Below are positions 23,146-33,841 of a DNA stretch of 64,000 nucleotides, piece after piece; within the stretch, counting starts at the first letter, position 1, and the number at the start of each line of letters is the position of its first letter. The notes under the pieces are model-generated. The model had not been told where the DNA came from, did no database searches, and saw only the letters and a list, made by a program, of their open reading frames with translations. This DNA comes from an uncultured bacterium (lineage in GTDB: Bacteria > Bacillota_I > Bacilli_A > RFN20 > CAG-826): NCBI GenBank assembly GCA_949290395.1, contig CASERQ010000002.1:206079-270078 (forward strand), read 5' to 3'. The position numbers and the translations under genes were made by a program.

Positions 23146-23546
23146 ATTATTTGATATTTTTAATGGTTAGTATGACAAAAAGTGGTAATTAGTGGAATGT
23201 TTTTCAATTTTATGAATTAAAAGGTCATTTTTCTCTTCGAAAAGATTGAAATAATAGTTAAAATTAATCTAACAAAACTCAAAAAATTTCATCCAAAAGT
23301 ATTTTGAAAACTAAATCACAAAACTTTTAAACAAGATCTCAATCGTTTTCTAAAACAAATCTTTAAACCAATCTCCGATTATACGCCAAAAAATAAATAC
23401 TATATTTTTCTTAAAGTTACCATTCCGTTAGCGATGGTTAGATTAAACGAAAATAGAAAAAAAGACACGATCAAACAATGAATTACTATTTTACTACTAA
23501 CTTATACAATTTTATTTAAAAATTAATACTTTTGTTGTTTAAGTAA

Positions 23547-23573
23547 AAAAATGAGGTATAAAACCTCATTTTT
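23547..23573 (-). terminator. Terminator of the pheS-pheT-DUF177 operon
   Basis: AAAAATGAGGT-ataaa-ACCTCATTTTT at the DUF177 stop. Confidence 0.8.
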
Positions 23574-24063
23574 AGTCTAAGTCAAGATCCTTAAGTTTAT
23601 CAAATGGCGAGAATTTTGAATCGTCAACTTCTTTATCGAGTTCATCTTCACTTAATACTCTATAATTATCTCCGTGAGGATATTCCTCGCCATCTTTATG
23701 AAGCACCATTGGTAAAGATGTAATTATTAGCGAATAAATTTCTACATTCAAGTCAATGTAGCCTTCCTTAATATAGAAGACTTCTTCGCTATCTAATTCC
23801 TTTTGATCAGTGTAATAAAGTTTTTCATCTATTGTAAATATATAATCGAATGGCTCACCACTTAAAGTGGAATAAACAGTAAGTACTGGCTTAAGCAAAT
23901 AATGTACAATAAGTACACTATCAGCCTTTTCTAATGTGATTTTACCAGTTACTTTCTTATATTCTTTAATAGTGGAAATACTTTTTAAGGAATTAAAATA
24001 ACTTAAATCGCCAGTGTAATCTAAAGTTTCTTCTTCATGAACTTTGTTAAAATCAATTCTCAT
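23572..24063 (-). CDS. YceD/DUF177 family protein
   Basis: Size and C-terminal pattern (IDLNVEIYSLIITSLPM...SPFDKLKDL). Confidence 0.75.
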   Translation of the reverse strand: MRIDFNKVHEEETLDYTGDLSYFNSLKSISTIKEYKKVTGKITLEKADSVLIVHYLLKPVLTVYSTLSGEPFDYIFTIDEKLYYTDQKELDSEEVFYIKEGYIDLNVEIYSLIITSLPMVLHKDGEEYPHGDNYRVLSEDELDKEVDDSKFSPFDKLKDLDLD

Positions 24064-26453
24064 TATTGTCTTAGCTCCGCATTAAGTTTGGATGAAATTA
24101 CATTTTTGACCTTCTCTTCAACTTCATGAATTTCTTCTTCTTTTAAAGTATGGTCATCACTATTTAATTTGATTTTAAGTGCAATACTCTTAAAACCAGA
24201 TTTAATTTTTTCACCTTTATAAATATCAAAAACATTAACGTCTTTTATAAGTGAAGAAACCTTTTTAATTTCTTTTTTAATATTTAAGAAAGAAATATCA
24301 TCAGAAACAACAAAAGCAAAATCACGAGTAACAATAGGGTATTTTGAAATATACACAAATTTATTATTTGGTGTTCTTGTGTTGAATAAAACTGAGAGGT
24401 TAATTTCCATGACAGCGGCACCCAAAATCTTATCTAAAGTATATTCTTTTTTAATTAAAGGATGTAAATCACCTAAAACAGCACAAAGTTTATTATCAAC
24501 ATAAATCTTTGCACTTCTTGTAGGATGGAATTCATTGCTATCATTTAATCTTTCGATTTTAATACGTGATTCAGAAATGTTGAACATATCAGCAATAGCA
24601 TCCCAAATACCTTTTACAGAGAAATAGTTCGCTGGTACACCAAACATTTTATCGTTCGCATATTGCATACCTACAATTGCAACCGCTAAATGAACTTCAT
24701 TAACTTTCTTTGTTTGAATTGGAGAGATTTCAAATAGTTTAAGAGAATCATTTTGGTGATTAACGTTATATTCGGCACATCTTAAAAGAGAAGATAATAA
24801 GTTCTTACGTACAAATTTATGATCTTCCGTTAATGGGTTTTTGATAACATAACCTTCATCTTTATTAAAATAATTGAATCTATTGTTATCATTTTCGTTT
24901 AATAAAACATAAGTTAAAACTTCATCAAATCCATTACTTAGTAGGAAATCATCAATGATTCTTTCTCTTTTTTCACTTTCTTTTAAACCACCAACTGTTG
25001 TTTCCATATAAGGAAGTGCACTCTTAACTTGATCAAAACCATTATATCTAACAACTTCTTCACTTAAATCAGCCTTACCTGAAACATCTATTCTCCAAGC
25101 TGGAATTGTAACTTCAAAATTATCACCATCAATTTCTTTTGGCTCAAAATATAGGGCTCTTAAGGTTTCGATTATAGTATTTTTGTCAAAACTTGTTCCT
25201 AATCTTTTATTGATGTAGTCATAAGAACAAGTAATTTTTTCTAAGTCATGATTTAAAGTGTCATAAACAATTGTTTGACTAACTTTTTCAAAACCAGATA
25301 AATCTTTAATTAATTTACTAGCCAAATCAATAACGTAGTTACTTTGATGAGGATTGATTTCTTTAATAAATCTTTGAGAAGAATCACTCATTAAGCCAAG
25401 TCTACTTGTTGTGTGTCTAATTGAAGCGTGATGGAAATTAGCAACTTCAACAACAATGTTTTTAGTATTTGCATCAACTTCAACATTCTTCAATCCCATT
25501 ACGCCACCAATACAAGCAGGTTCATTAGCACTTGAAACAATCAAATCACCAGGGATAACGTGATATGTCTTGTCATCAAGAGCAATAACATCTTGATCAA
25601 ATTTTTCTTTTACAACGAGTTCTTTAGCTTTAAGTTTGTCATAATCGTACATATGTAATGGTTGTCCAGTAAGAAGCATTACATAGTTTCCAATATCAAC
25701 AATATTATCAATTGAACGAATGCCTTGAGATCTTAAAACTTCTTTTAACCATTTTGGTGAATCTTTAACACTAATTCCTTTAAACACTTTTGCATAAAAT
25801 GAAGGACATTTATCAGTATCACTTGCTACTTTAAAATCTTCTTCATAAGTTTTTTCTTCCTTTACCTCTGGTAAAGTAAGTTTCCTATGAAATAATGCTC
25901 CGATTTCTTTAGCAACATTAAGTAAAGCAAAGCAATCGCTACGATTAGCAAGTAAATTTAAATCTAAGATAACATCATCTAAACCAAGATAATTTAAAAC
26001 ATCTGTATTGCCAACTTTTGCATCTTCTGGAAGTTCTTCGATGCCAGAAATTTGTTCAGGTCTTAAAAACTTAGGATCAACACCAAGTTCATTTAAAGCA
26101 CATAACATGCCATTACTTGTTTCACCTCTAATTTCGCCTTTTTTAATTTCACCATGTGGCAATTTTGCCCCAACTTTAGCAACAATAACTTTAAGTCCTT
26201 TTCTAACATTAGGAGCTCCGCAAACAATATCTAAAATTTCATCTCCAATATCAACTTTACAACAATGTAAGTGGTCACTATTAGGATGATTTTCACAAGA
26301 TATGACTTGACCAATAACAAGATTAGTTGCTTCACTCATTCTTTTAATTTGTTCAACTTCAATTCCACTAAAAGTGAGTCTTTGAGCAATTTCTTCAGGA
26401 GTTAAGTCTTTTATATCAACATATTTTGCAATTTCTTTTAAACTTACTAACAT
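24063..26453 (-). CDS. pheT: Phenylalanine--tRNA ligase beta subunit
   Basis: HPNSDHL, IVCGAPN, SNGMLC, NRSDC, C-terminal FDX-ACB (RDFAF, FDIYKG). Confidence 0.97.
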   Translation of the reverse strand: MLVSLKEIAKYVDIKDLTPEEIAQRLTFSGIEVEQIKRMSEATNLVIGQVISCENHPNSDHLHCCKVDIGDEILDIVCGAPNVRKGLKVIVAKVGAKLPHGEIKKGEIRGETSNGMLCALNELGVDPKFLRPEQISGIEELPEDAKVGNTDVLNYLGLDDVILDLNLLANRSDCFALLNVAKEIGALFHRKLTLPEVKEEKTYEEDFKVASDTDKCPSFYAKVFKGISVKDSPKWLKEVLRSQGIRSIDNIVDIGNYVMLLTGQPLHMYDYDKLKAKELVVKEKFDQDVIALDDKTYHVIPGDLIVSSANEPACIGGVMGLKNVEVDANTKNIVVEVANFHHASIRHTTSRLGLMSDSSQRFIKEINPHQSNYVIDLASKLIKDLSGFEKVSQTIVYDTLNHDLEKITCSYDYINKRLGTSFDKNTIIETLRALYFEPKEIDGDNFEVTIPAWRIDVSGKADLSEEVVRYNGFDQVKSALPYMETTVGGLKESEKRERIIDDFLLSNGFDEVLTYVLLNENDNNRFNYFNKDEGYVIKNPLTEDHKFVRKNLLSSLLRCAEYNVNHQNDSLKLFEISPIQTKKVNEVHLAVAIVGMQYANDKMFGVPANYFSVKGIWDAIADMFNISESRIKIERLNDSNEFHPTRSAKIYVDNKLCAVLGDLHPLIKKEYTLDKILGAAVMEINLSVLFNTRTPNNKFVYISKYPIVTRDFAFVVSDDISFLNIKKEIKKVSSLIKDVNVFDIYKGEKIKSGFKSIALKIKLNSDDHTLKEEEIHEVEEKVKNVISSKLNAELRQ

Positions 26454-26456
26454 AGA

Positions 26457-27518
26457 TTAGTCCTCAACTTTCTTGTTAAATTCTTTAATAAACTTAACAT
26501 CGCTTTGGTAGAATCTTCTAATATCATCGATTCCATAACGTAACATAGCGACTCTTTCAATTCCTATTCCAAAAGCATAGCCACTATAAACTTCAGGATC
26601 ATATCCACTCATCTTTAAGACATTAGGATGGACCATTCCAGCTCCTAAAATCTCAATCCAACCGCTTCCTTTACATACAGAGCAGCCTTTTCCCTTACAG
26701 TTAAAGCAAGAAACATCAACTTCGACAGATGGTTCTGTGAATGGGAAATAGGAGCTTCTAAATCTAATTTTTGCGTCTTTTGCAAACATCTTTTTAGCAA
26801 AAAGCTCAAGAGTTGCTTTTAAGTTTCCAAGATTAATATCTTTATCAATAACAAGGCCTTCAACTTGAGCAAATTGATGTGAGTGAGTCATATCATCATC
26901 ATCTCTTCTAAATGTTTTTCCAGGACAAATGATTTTGATTGGCTTACCATTTGCTTTTTCCATAACATGAGCTTGAACGCTTGATGTGTGACTTCTTAAA
27001 AGAAGATTATCATCGATATAAAGAGTATCTTGCATGTCACGAGCAGGATGATCTTTAGGAATATTTAAAAGTTCAAAAACATATTTATCACTATCTACTT
27101 CAGGACCATTTTCAACGGTATAACCCATTCCAACAAAGATATCTTCAATTTCACGTTTTACTTTATAAAATGGATTCATAGCTCCGCTTTTAAAGTTGTT
27201 GCCAGGAAGTGTTATATCTAATGAGTCTTTTTGAAGTTCTTCGTTTAAAGCAAGGCGTTTAAATTCTTCAACCTTTTCGTTAAATGCGGATTCAAGTTTT
27301 TTTCTAGCAAAATTAAAAGCTTCTCCGAAAGCTTTTTTATCATCGACTTCTCTAATTTTGTTCATTAAAATAGAGAATTCACCTTTTTTAGAAAGATACT
27401 TATTTTTAATTTCAGTTAAATCGTTTAAAACTTTAGCTTTAATTATTAAAGCTAAAATTTCTTTTTCTAAAGGTGTAAATAAATCATCATATTTCTTGTT
27501 ATGTTCATTATTTTCCAT
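26457..27518 (-). CDS. pheS: Phenylalanine--tRNA ligase alpha subunit
   Basis: HPARDMQDT, LRSHTS, FPFTEPS, WIEILGAGMVHP. Start corrected to MENNE after GGGAGG. Confidence 0.97.
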   Translation of the reverse strand: MENNEHNKKYDDLFTPLEKEILALIIKAKVLNDLTEIKNKYLSKKGEFSILMNKIREVDDKKAFGEAFNFARKKLESAFNEKVEEFKRLALNEELQKDSLDITLPGNNFKSGAMNPFYKVKREIEDIFVGMGYTVENGPEVDSDKYVFELLNIPKDHPARDMQDTLYIDDNLLLRSHTSSVQAHVMEKANGKPIKIICPGKTFRRDDDDMTHSHQFAQVEGLVIDKDINLGNLKATLELFAKKMFAKDAKIRFRSSYFPFTEPSVEVDVSCFNCKGKGCSVCKGSGWIEILGAGMVHPNVLKMSGYDPEVYSGYAFGIGIERVAMLRYGIDDIRRFYQSDVKFIKEFNKKVED

Positions 27519-27530
27519 TATATTTCCTCC

Positions 27531-27746
27531 CAAAAAACAAAAAAGAATTAGGTTTAGGAACGAAATAATCGCGGTACCATCCTAATTCTTTATTAATATA
27601 AAGCTCTTAATTTAGTTATATCGTCAACTTAAACGGATTCATCAAATCAGCTCCAAGGTGAATTCATTAATCTTTATTAAGAGCGTTTTCACTTTATCGC
27701 TCCTCCCTAATTAATAAGAGGATTAATTACTACTCCTTTTCAACGC
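27531..27746 (-). promoter_or_regulatory. T-box riboswitch (Phe)
   Basis: AATTAGGATGGTACCGCG T-box; stem I (AGTA, AGGGAG, GTGAAA) with GAA-TTC-AC Phe specifier. Confidence 0.9.
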
Positions 27747-27769
27747 AAAGAAATAATAACACTTTTAAG

Positions 27770-27804
27770 AGTTTAAAGCATTAAATCTTTTAATGCTTTA
27801 AACT
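27770..27804 (-). terminator. Hairpin downstream of the large lipoprotein gene
   Basis: AGTTTAAAGCATTAAA-N3-TTTAATGCTTTAAACT. Confidence 0.7.
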
Positions 27805-27807
27805 TCT

Positions 27808-30800
27808 TTATTCTGTTATAACAGTGATTGGGTTTTCGTAAGTAAATACTGCAAGAGCTAAGTATTCATCACTTGTTTCATCTTCTGAATTACCAGCATA
27901 AATTGCGTTATTGGAATTTGAAGAATCAACATTAACATAGATTGTTTGAGTATTTGGATTCAAACTTCCATCTTCGTTATAGAAATTAACCTTATAAATA
28001 ATAAAGTTATATTTTGTTAAAACGTTAGTGTTATTTGGATCTGGAACAGTTGGAGTGAAGCCACTTGCAAACTCAAATCTTTTAAGAGTGATATTTTCTT
28101 CTTCATCCATCAAGAATAAATACTTTTGTCCATTTCTTTCAATGTGTCTATAAGCGTGGAAACTTTCTGCATCTGTTCCATCCGGCCATAAGTCACTGAA
28201 ATCTTCTTTTTCAACAAGAACTAAACCTTGAGGAATAAATAATTCAAAGTTTTCATTATTTGTTAATTCAGTATTACCTTTTTTCATTACAAACTTATAA
28301 CGTTGACCACCATAACTATATCTATCAGCTAAAACACCAAAAGAATAATCAGCAAGTTCGTTATAAGAGAATGCATAGCTTGTTCCATCAACTGAAGTTA
28401 ACCAAGTATTATTAATTTTAAAATAGTAGCAACTTGGATTTTCAGCTCTATTTTGAGAAACGTTACTTCCAAGCGCGCCAACTTTTTCCCAAGCATTCTT
28501 TGAATCTATAAAGATATAGCCACCATCTTGAGAACTAATAACTTTATTAGTTTCATCGATTTTATCTTCAGCATTTAACTCAGCAAAAGAATCACCAACA
28601 AATGCATAGTTAGTATTAGCATGAGTGACAACGTGTTGCGTTCTGTTATAAGTTACATTAGCTGTATATTCATCTCCTTCAATAAGAGCGTAATATGTAT
28701 TACTATCAACTTCTTTTAAGACATGATAGTTATCATAACTTTCTACTTTGACCCAGCTATCGTCAATTTCTTGATTTTTTCTAACATAAATTGAATTATC
28801 TGAACTTGATCTAAAAATTGGAGCGTTTTGACTTGGTGTATTTTCAATTATACTTCCCTCGATAAGAGGTGAATTTGGACTTGTTTTAATATATTTTTTC
28901 CCATCAAGTTCATAAATTCCATCTTTAGCTCCAGAAGTTCTATTCCATCTTGATCCAGTAATGTTTAAAACATAATCTGAACTTAAATCATCACTGAATG
29001 AAGAAATTTGGTAATTTGATTCTTTAGAAGAAACATTAGTGACTTTTTCTTCTAATTGAGAAGCACTATTTTCAACATTATATGCTGTCCAAACTCCTTC
29101 ATTTTGATAATCAGCAAGAGTTGTTCCATTATCGTCTACAAGTTTTCCGTCATTATAACTATTACTATAATCGTAATAATATTGACTATTTGATTTAAAA
29201 ATCATTCTTTCAAACTCGCTTGAAGATTCACCTTTTACAATTCTTAAGTTTTTAACACTTGAAACAAGGTTAACTCCATTAGAATCACTAGAAACAGTTT
29301 TTAAAGTTTCACTATAACTCATCGAAGCTTTTTTGCTTCCAGTAACTAAAGCTAAATAATCAGTTAATGATGTGTCGTTATGAACTTTTACATCGCCAAG
29401 AACAAATGAATTTGTAACGCCATCACTAACTTCAATTGAATTTAATAATGTGAAATTTGATGCAGAATTTGAATAAACTTTAGCGTTTTCATTTAAGATC
29501 AAGTCTCTCACACTTAAATTTCCACTTTCACTTCTAATAAATGTATTCAAAGTGACTTCATCAAGAGTAACGTTTAAATCTGCATTTGCTAAATTAAAGC
29601 CAACTTCACTAACTTTATATTCTTCATTAGATTCTTCTGAAACACTTGAAGGGTCTTCAATTGTTAAAAGTGTAACGTTATTGATATTAACTTTTGAATC
29701 TTTAGCGACTAAAGATTTTGTTCCGCTATCCAAAACAAGTTCGCCTTGAGTCAATTGAAGTAAACTATTAGATGAATTTCCAATAAATTCAAAAGTGTTT
29801 TCGTTTGTAAATGTATCAGCAGTTAAATCAAGACTTGTTAAAAGTGTAGAACCAGCACTAAATCTTGTTTTAACTTTTAAAGTGTTGAATTTATATGAAT
29901 CAAAAAGATTTACGCCATTTTCTGCTCTACTTTGAGTTTCATCAAAATTTTTATAACTTGTAACTGTTAAATTAGTAGTTAATTTTCCACCATTTTCAAC
30001 AATAACTTCACCATTATTTGTTGAATCATAAATTAAGCCATTTCCATAAAGCGCACCACCATTTTTGATTGTAACTTTATGTCCATTTAAGTCTAAAGCA
30101 GCAAATTCTCCAACAATATCGCCGCTTCCAACTTTGCTTCTTCCGATTTGAGCGCCAATATAAACTTCACCTTCAATCACTAAGTCTTTGTCTAAAGTTA
30201 AAGTTAGTTTTGCGTTTTTAGCTTCAACTTCTTCACTAAGATTTTCGTTATTTGTTAAAGAAACTACGTTTCTTGCTTCGCTAGTATTTAAAGAATATTG
30301 GAAATAAGGTAAATATAACTTTTTACCCTTTGCAACACTAGTAATATCACTTCTTAAACTATATTTATTTTTGCCTTCATCAGTTGTTAAATTAATTTGA
30401 TAGAAAGGATTAACGGCGTCATATTGTTCTAAAGCTGTTGATAAAGTATCAAACTTAGTTAAATCATAATCTCCATGATAAATCTTAACAGATTCATTTA
30501 AAGCTTCGGTTGATTCGGCTTTGATCGTTGAAAATGGGAAAGAAGAAATATTGGAGTTATCATAATTTTCAAAATAAATATTTTGAATTGATGTATTTCC
30601 AAAAGATGCAGTAAGTTCAAGAGTTAAAGGTTCATCTCCTCCGGTTAAATCAATACTTGCATCACCAAAGTCGACTGTTTCAAAACTTTGTTTAACATTA
30701 TTTCCTTCAACTTCTGTATAAGTTTGTGGAATATATAAATTTTCTAAATCAAGATCACTAAAAGCATTAAATTGGATACTTTCAAGAGTTGTTGGAAGGT

Positions 30801-31839
30801 AAACATTCTTTAAATTAGATTTGCTGGCACCTGTTTCTGAATCTCTTTCCGCATAAAAAGCGTAAAAACCAATAGTTTTAATTCCTTCACCCACATAGAT
30901 TGTATTAACATCGTAAATTGAAGGCGTGATATCTAAAGCGCCAATTTCAGGTAAAAAGTGTTCAAGTAATGTTGGAATAAATGAAATTGGACCAACAACT
31001 ACTTCTTTGGAATCAGTAAAGTTTTCATAGTGTGTTCCAGGAATATAAAGCTCAGTTGGCATATTTTGAGTTAAAGGTATTCCAACAGAACGACGATATG
31101 TATTTTTTAAGGTTGTAGATAAACCTAAAACTTCGTTAACTTTTTGAATGTCTTCTTGATTTAATAAACTATCAATAATTGAATAAAGGTCATTTCTTAA
31201 AAATGCTAAGTCCTTTCCTTCAAAATTTAATAAATCGCTTGTAAATTCTTCAAAACCTTCAAGTTGAATTGAAAAATCAGAAATAAAGAAGAAATTAGGA
31301 TCATAAGCCTTGGCATTTGATGTTTCAGGAATAATTCCGCCATCTGTAACCATAGAATAAGTTTTAACGGTGGCTCCGCCAGCGTCATCTTCATGTAAAA
31401 CAAATGGCAAATTATTTAAAAGTGCATCGACATCGAATGTTGTATTTCCATTTTCATCTTGAACAATATATTCTCCAAAACGGAAATTATCTGGATTTCC
31501 ATCAGCATCTGTATCTTTAAAAATAATTGGGACATTACCAAAATCGACAAAATAACGATTAGGATTTTCACTAAAATTGAAGTTTGAGAAATTAAGTTGA
31601 CCTAAATATTCAATGTGGCTTGGGTCGCGGACTAAAACGCCTTTAAAAGTTTCGATATCAAAATAAAAAAGTGGATCTTTTGTTAAACTTTGATTTTCAG
31701 GTTTAGCATAAAAATCGTTATAAGCTTTTAAAGCTCTATCTTTCCATTCTTGGTTTGGATCTTTATTGTATTGACAGCTTGATAAAGCTAAACCAAGTCC
31801 AACTACACTTAAAGCCAATAATCCTACTTTTTTTCTCAT
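27808..31839 (-). CDS. Large surface lipoprotein with BspA/TpLRR-like repeats
   Basis: Start corrected to MRKKVG; lipobox LALSSC; IYVGEGIKTIGFYAF and VYLPTTLESIQFNAF LRR_5-like repeats; beta-rich remainder. Confidence 0.8.
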   Translation of the reverse strand: MRKKVGLLALSVVGLGLALSSCQYNKDPNQEWKDRALKAYNDFYAKPENQSLTKDPLFYFDIETFKGVLVRDPSHIEYLGQLNFSNFNFSENPNRYFVDFGNVPIIFKDTDADGNPDNFRFGEYIVQDENGNTTFDVDALLNNLPFVLHEDDAGGATVKTYSMVTDGGIIPETSNAKAYDPNFFFISDFSIQLEGFEEFTSDLLNFEGKDLAFLRNDLYSIIDSLLNQEDIQKVNEVLGLSTTLKNTYRRSVGIPLTQNMPTELYIPGTHYENFTDSKEVVVGPISFIPTLLEHFLPEIGALDITPSIYDVNTIYVGEGIKTIGFYAFYAERDSETGASKSNLKNVYLPTTLESIQFNAFSDLDLENLYIPQTYTEVEGNNVKQSFETVDFGDASIDLTGGDEPLTLELTASFGNTSIQNIYFENYDNSNISSFPFSTIKAESTEALNESVKIYHGDYDLTKFDTLSTALEQYDAVNPFYQINLTTDEGKNKYSLRSDITSVAKGKKLYLPYFQYSLNTSEARNVVSLTNNENLSEEVEAKNAKLTLTLDKDLVIEGEVYIGAQIGRSKVGSGDIVGEFAALDLNGHKVTIKNGGALYGNGLIYDSTNNGEVIVENGGKLTTNLTVTSYKNFDETQSRAENGVNLFDSYKFNTLKVKTRFSAGSTLLTSLDLTADTFTNENTFEFIGNSSNSLLQLTQGELVLDSGTKSLVAKDSKVNINNVTLLTIEDPSSVSEESNEEYKVSEVGFNLANADLNVTLDEVTLNTFIRSESGNLSVRDLILNENAKVYSNSASNFTLLNSIEVSDGVTNSFVLGDVKVHNDTSLTDYLALVTGSKKASMSYSETLKTVSSDSNGVNLVSSVKNLRIVKGESSSEFERMIFKSNSQYYYDYSNSYNDGKLVDDNGTTLADYQNEGVWTAYNVENSASQLEEKVTNVSSKESNYQISSFSDDLSSDYVLNITGSRWNRTSGAKDGIYELDGKKYIKTSPNSPLIEGSIIENTPSQNAPIFRSSSDNSIYVRKNQEIDDSWVKVESYDNYHVLKEVDSNTYYALIEGDEYTANVTYNRTQHVVTHANTNYAFVGDSFAELNAEDKIDETNKVISSQDGGYIFIDSKNAWEKVGALGSNVSQNRAENPSCYYFKINNTWLTSVDGTSYAFSYNELADYSFGVLADRYSYGGQRYKFVMKKGNTELTNNENFELFIPQGLVLVEKEDFSDLWPDGTDAESFHAYRHIERNGQKYLFLMDEEENITLKRFEFASGFTPTVPDPNNTNVLTKYNFIIYKVNFYNEDGSLNPNTQTIYVNVDSSNSNNAIYAGNSEDETSDEYLALAVFTYENPITVITE

Positions 31840-31840
31840 G

Positions 31841-32590
31841 TTAGTCCTTCTTTCTATAGTTTGATGCTGCATACATGATAATTCCCCCTGCAACACCGAC
31901 ATTCAAACTATCTATATCTTCAATTTCTATTTTAATTTTTAGATCACTTTTTTCTTGAATATCTTTAGATATTCCATTTCCTTCATTACCTAAAATTATC
32001 ACATAGTTAGTGTCATTTTTAAAGGTTATTTTAGATAAAAACTCTGAATTCACATCTAAAGATGTAGATACTAATTTGTATCCGTTTCTTTGAAGATTAA
32101 AAAGTAAATTTTTGTTTCCATCAACAATGTTTAACTTAAAGACACTTCCTTGGGAAGATTGAATAGTTTTAAAGTTATATTTAAAAGCACATCCTTCACT
32201 TAAAATTACATCTTTATATCCAAAAGCAAGAGCGGTTCTTAAAATTGTCCCAACATTTCCTGGATCTTGAACATTATCAAGATATAAAACTCTTTTAGAG
32301 GAAATTTCTTTTGATTCTATATAAGAGCAAACAGCTAAAACTTCTGTAATTGATGAATTTTGTGAAATTTTTTTCATTAAATTTTCATCGATGACATAGA
32401 CATTTTTGTAATCATCTTTTTCTTCAAAAGAAGGTAAACAAAATAGTATTTTAATACTCTTTTTCGCCATTTCAACAAGATGTCTACCTTCAACAATAAA
32501 CATCTTTTCTTCACGAGAAAACTTGTTATTCTCAAGTTTTTTTACATATTTTAATAAACTGTTGTCTTTACTTTTAATCTCTTTAATCAT
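31841..32590 (-). CDS. TrmH/SpoU-family RNA methyltransferase
   Basis: LDNVQDPGNVGTILRT, ILGNEGNG, DSLNVGVAGGI. Confidence 0.93.
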   Translation of the reverse strand: MIKEIKSKDNSLLKYVKKLENNKFSREEKMFIVEGRHLVEMAKKSIKILFCLPSFEEKDDYKNVYVIDENLMKKISQNSSITEVLAVCSYIESKEISSKRVLYLDNVQDPGNVGTILRTALAFGYKDVILSEGCAFKYNFKTIQSSQGSVFKLNIVDGNKNLLFNLQRNGYKLVSTSLDVNSEFLSKITFKNDTNYVIILGNEGNGISKDIQEKSDLKIKIEIEDIDSLNVGVAGGIIMYAASNYRKKD

Positions 32591-33231
32591 TTATAAATTC
32601 TCTTTCTAAGTTTATAATCTAACTCTTTATGATTTGGTAAATATCTATCCATAACTGCATAGAATTTTTTTGAATGGTTCCATTCATAATAATGGGATAA
32701 TTCATGCACTATTACTTCATCTATAATCTCAATTGAATAGTGCATCAAGATATAACTATAAGTAATTGTATTTGTTCTTCTTGAATTGACGCCATAATTT
32801 GAAACTTTCTTTCTAAGGTTTACGTTATAGTGAGGAACATTCATCATTTGTTCATAATATTTGGTTCTTTCAACAAATACAGGTAAGACTAGTTTTTTTA
32901 CTTTTTTATAGAAATCATCTAAATTGACAAAAAGAATTTTTTTACCAAATATTTCGACAAAACCATCGTCAAACTCTTTAAACTCTCCAAAAATATAAAT
33001 TCCTTTTTCATTAAATGGTTTTTCTTCATCTTCTTGTCTTTCTAAAAGTTTTGCAAAGGCACTAGATAAATCGTTAAGTAAGAATTTTTTTGGGTACCAA
33101 TTTGGTGCTGTAATATAAAATTTATCATTTCTAAATCTATAATGAATTTTTTTGTTTTTTATAGATTTAGCTAGATAAACATCATAAGTTTTGCCGTTTC
33201 TTTCGTATTTACAAAATAAGTTATATTTCAC
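32587..33231 (-). CDS. YgjP/DUF45-like zinc metallopeptidase-domain protein
   Basis: VIVHELSH..EWNHSKKFY motif; GTG start. Confidence 0.85.
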   Translation of the reverse strand: MKYNLFCKYERNGKTYDVYLAKSIKNKKIHYRFRNDKFYITAPNWYPKKFLLNDLSSAFAKLLERQEDEEKPFNEKGIYIFGEFKEFDDGFVEIFGKKILFVNLDDFYKKVKKLVLPVFVERTKYYEQMMNVPHYNVNLRKKVSNYGVNSRRTNTITYSYILMHYSIEIIDEVIVHELSHYYEWNHSKKFYAVMDRYLPNHKELDYKLRKRIYK

Positions 33232-33401
33232 GGAAAAATTATACTATAAATAGGTTTATTAATGTATTTTAAACACTGGTTTTAAGAAACAATGTTAATG
33301 AAAGTAAAATGAAAATATCTGAAAATATTTGCATTTTATCCATTTTCTAGCATTTTAACTTCAATACTTTTATAATTAACAAGGTTATTTGAGGTAGTTC
33401 T

Positions 33402-33839
33402 ATGGAAACAATTATTGTAAGTGCTTGTTTATTAGGTGAAAACACAAAATATAATGGTGGTAACAATTATGATCCACGTGTTGAAAAACTAAAAGAAAAA
33501 TATAATATTGTTCCAATTTGCCCAGAAAGTTTTGGCGGATTAAAATCTCCACGTGATCCTAGTGAAATCGTTGGTTCTTCTGTTATGTCAAAAAGCGGAA
33601 AAGATGTAACACGCGAATTTAATGAAGGCGCTCATAAAGTTATAAATATTGTTAACTTTTTGCACATCAAAAAAGCCTTACTTATGGAAAGATCGCCAAG
33701 TTGTGGTGTAAATAAAATTTATAATGGTAAATTCAATGGAACTTTAATTCCTGGTCAAGGTTATACTGCTAGACTTTTAAAAGAAAAGGGTGTTGAACTC
33801 TATACTCTTGATAATATTGATGAACTTTTAAAAGATTAA
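33402..33839 (+). CDS. DUF523 (2-thiouracil desulfurase-like) protein
   Basis: VSACLLG..TKYNG, ICPE..GGL..PR, ERSPSCG. Confidence 0.9.
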   Translation: METIIVSACLLGENTKYNGGNNYDPRVEKLKEKYNIVPICPESFGGLKSPRDPSEIVGSSVMSKSGKDVTREFNEGAHKVINIVNFLHIKKALLMERSPSCGVNKIYNGKFNGTLIPGQGYTARLLKEKGVELYTLDNIDELLKD

Positions 33840-33841
33840 TA

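Noticed and set aside
23200-23545. rpmF or an ncRNA after the DUF177 gene
   Set aside because: No L32-like ORF or recognisable RNA motif; a terminator follows DUF177 directly.
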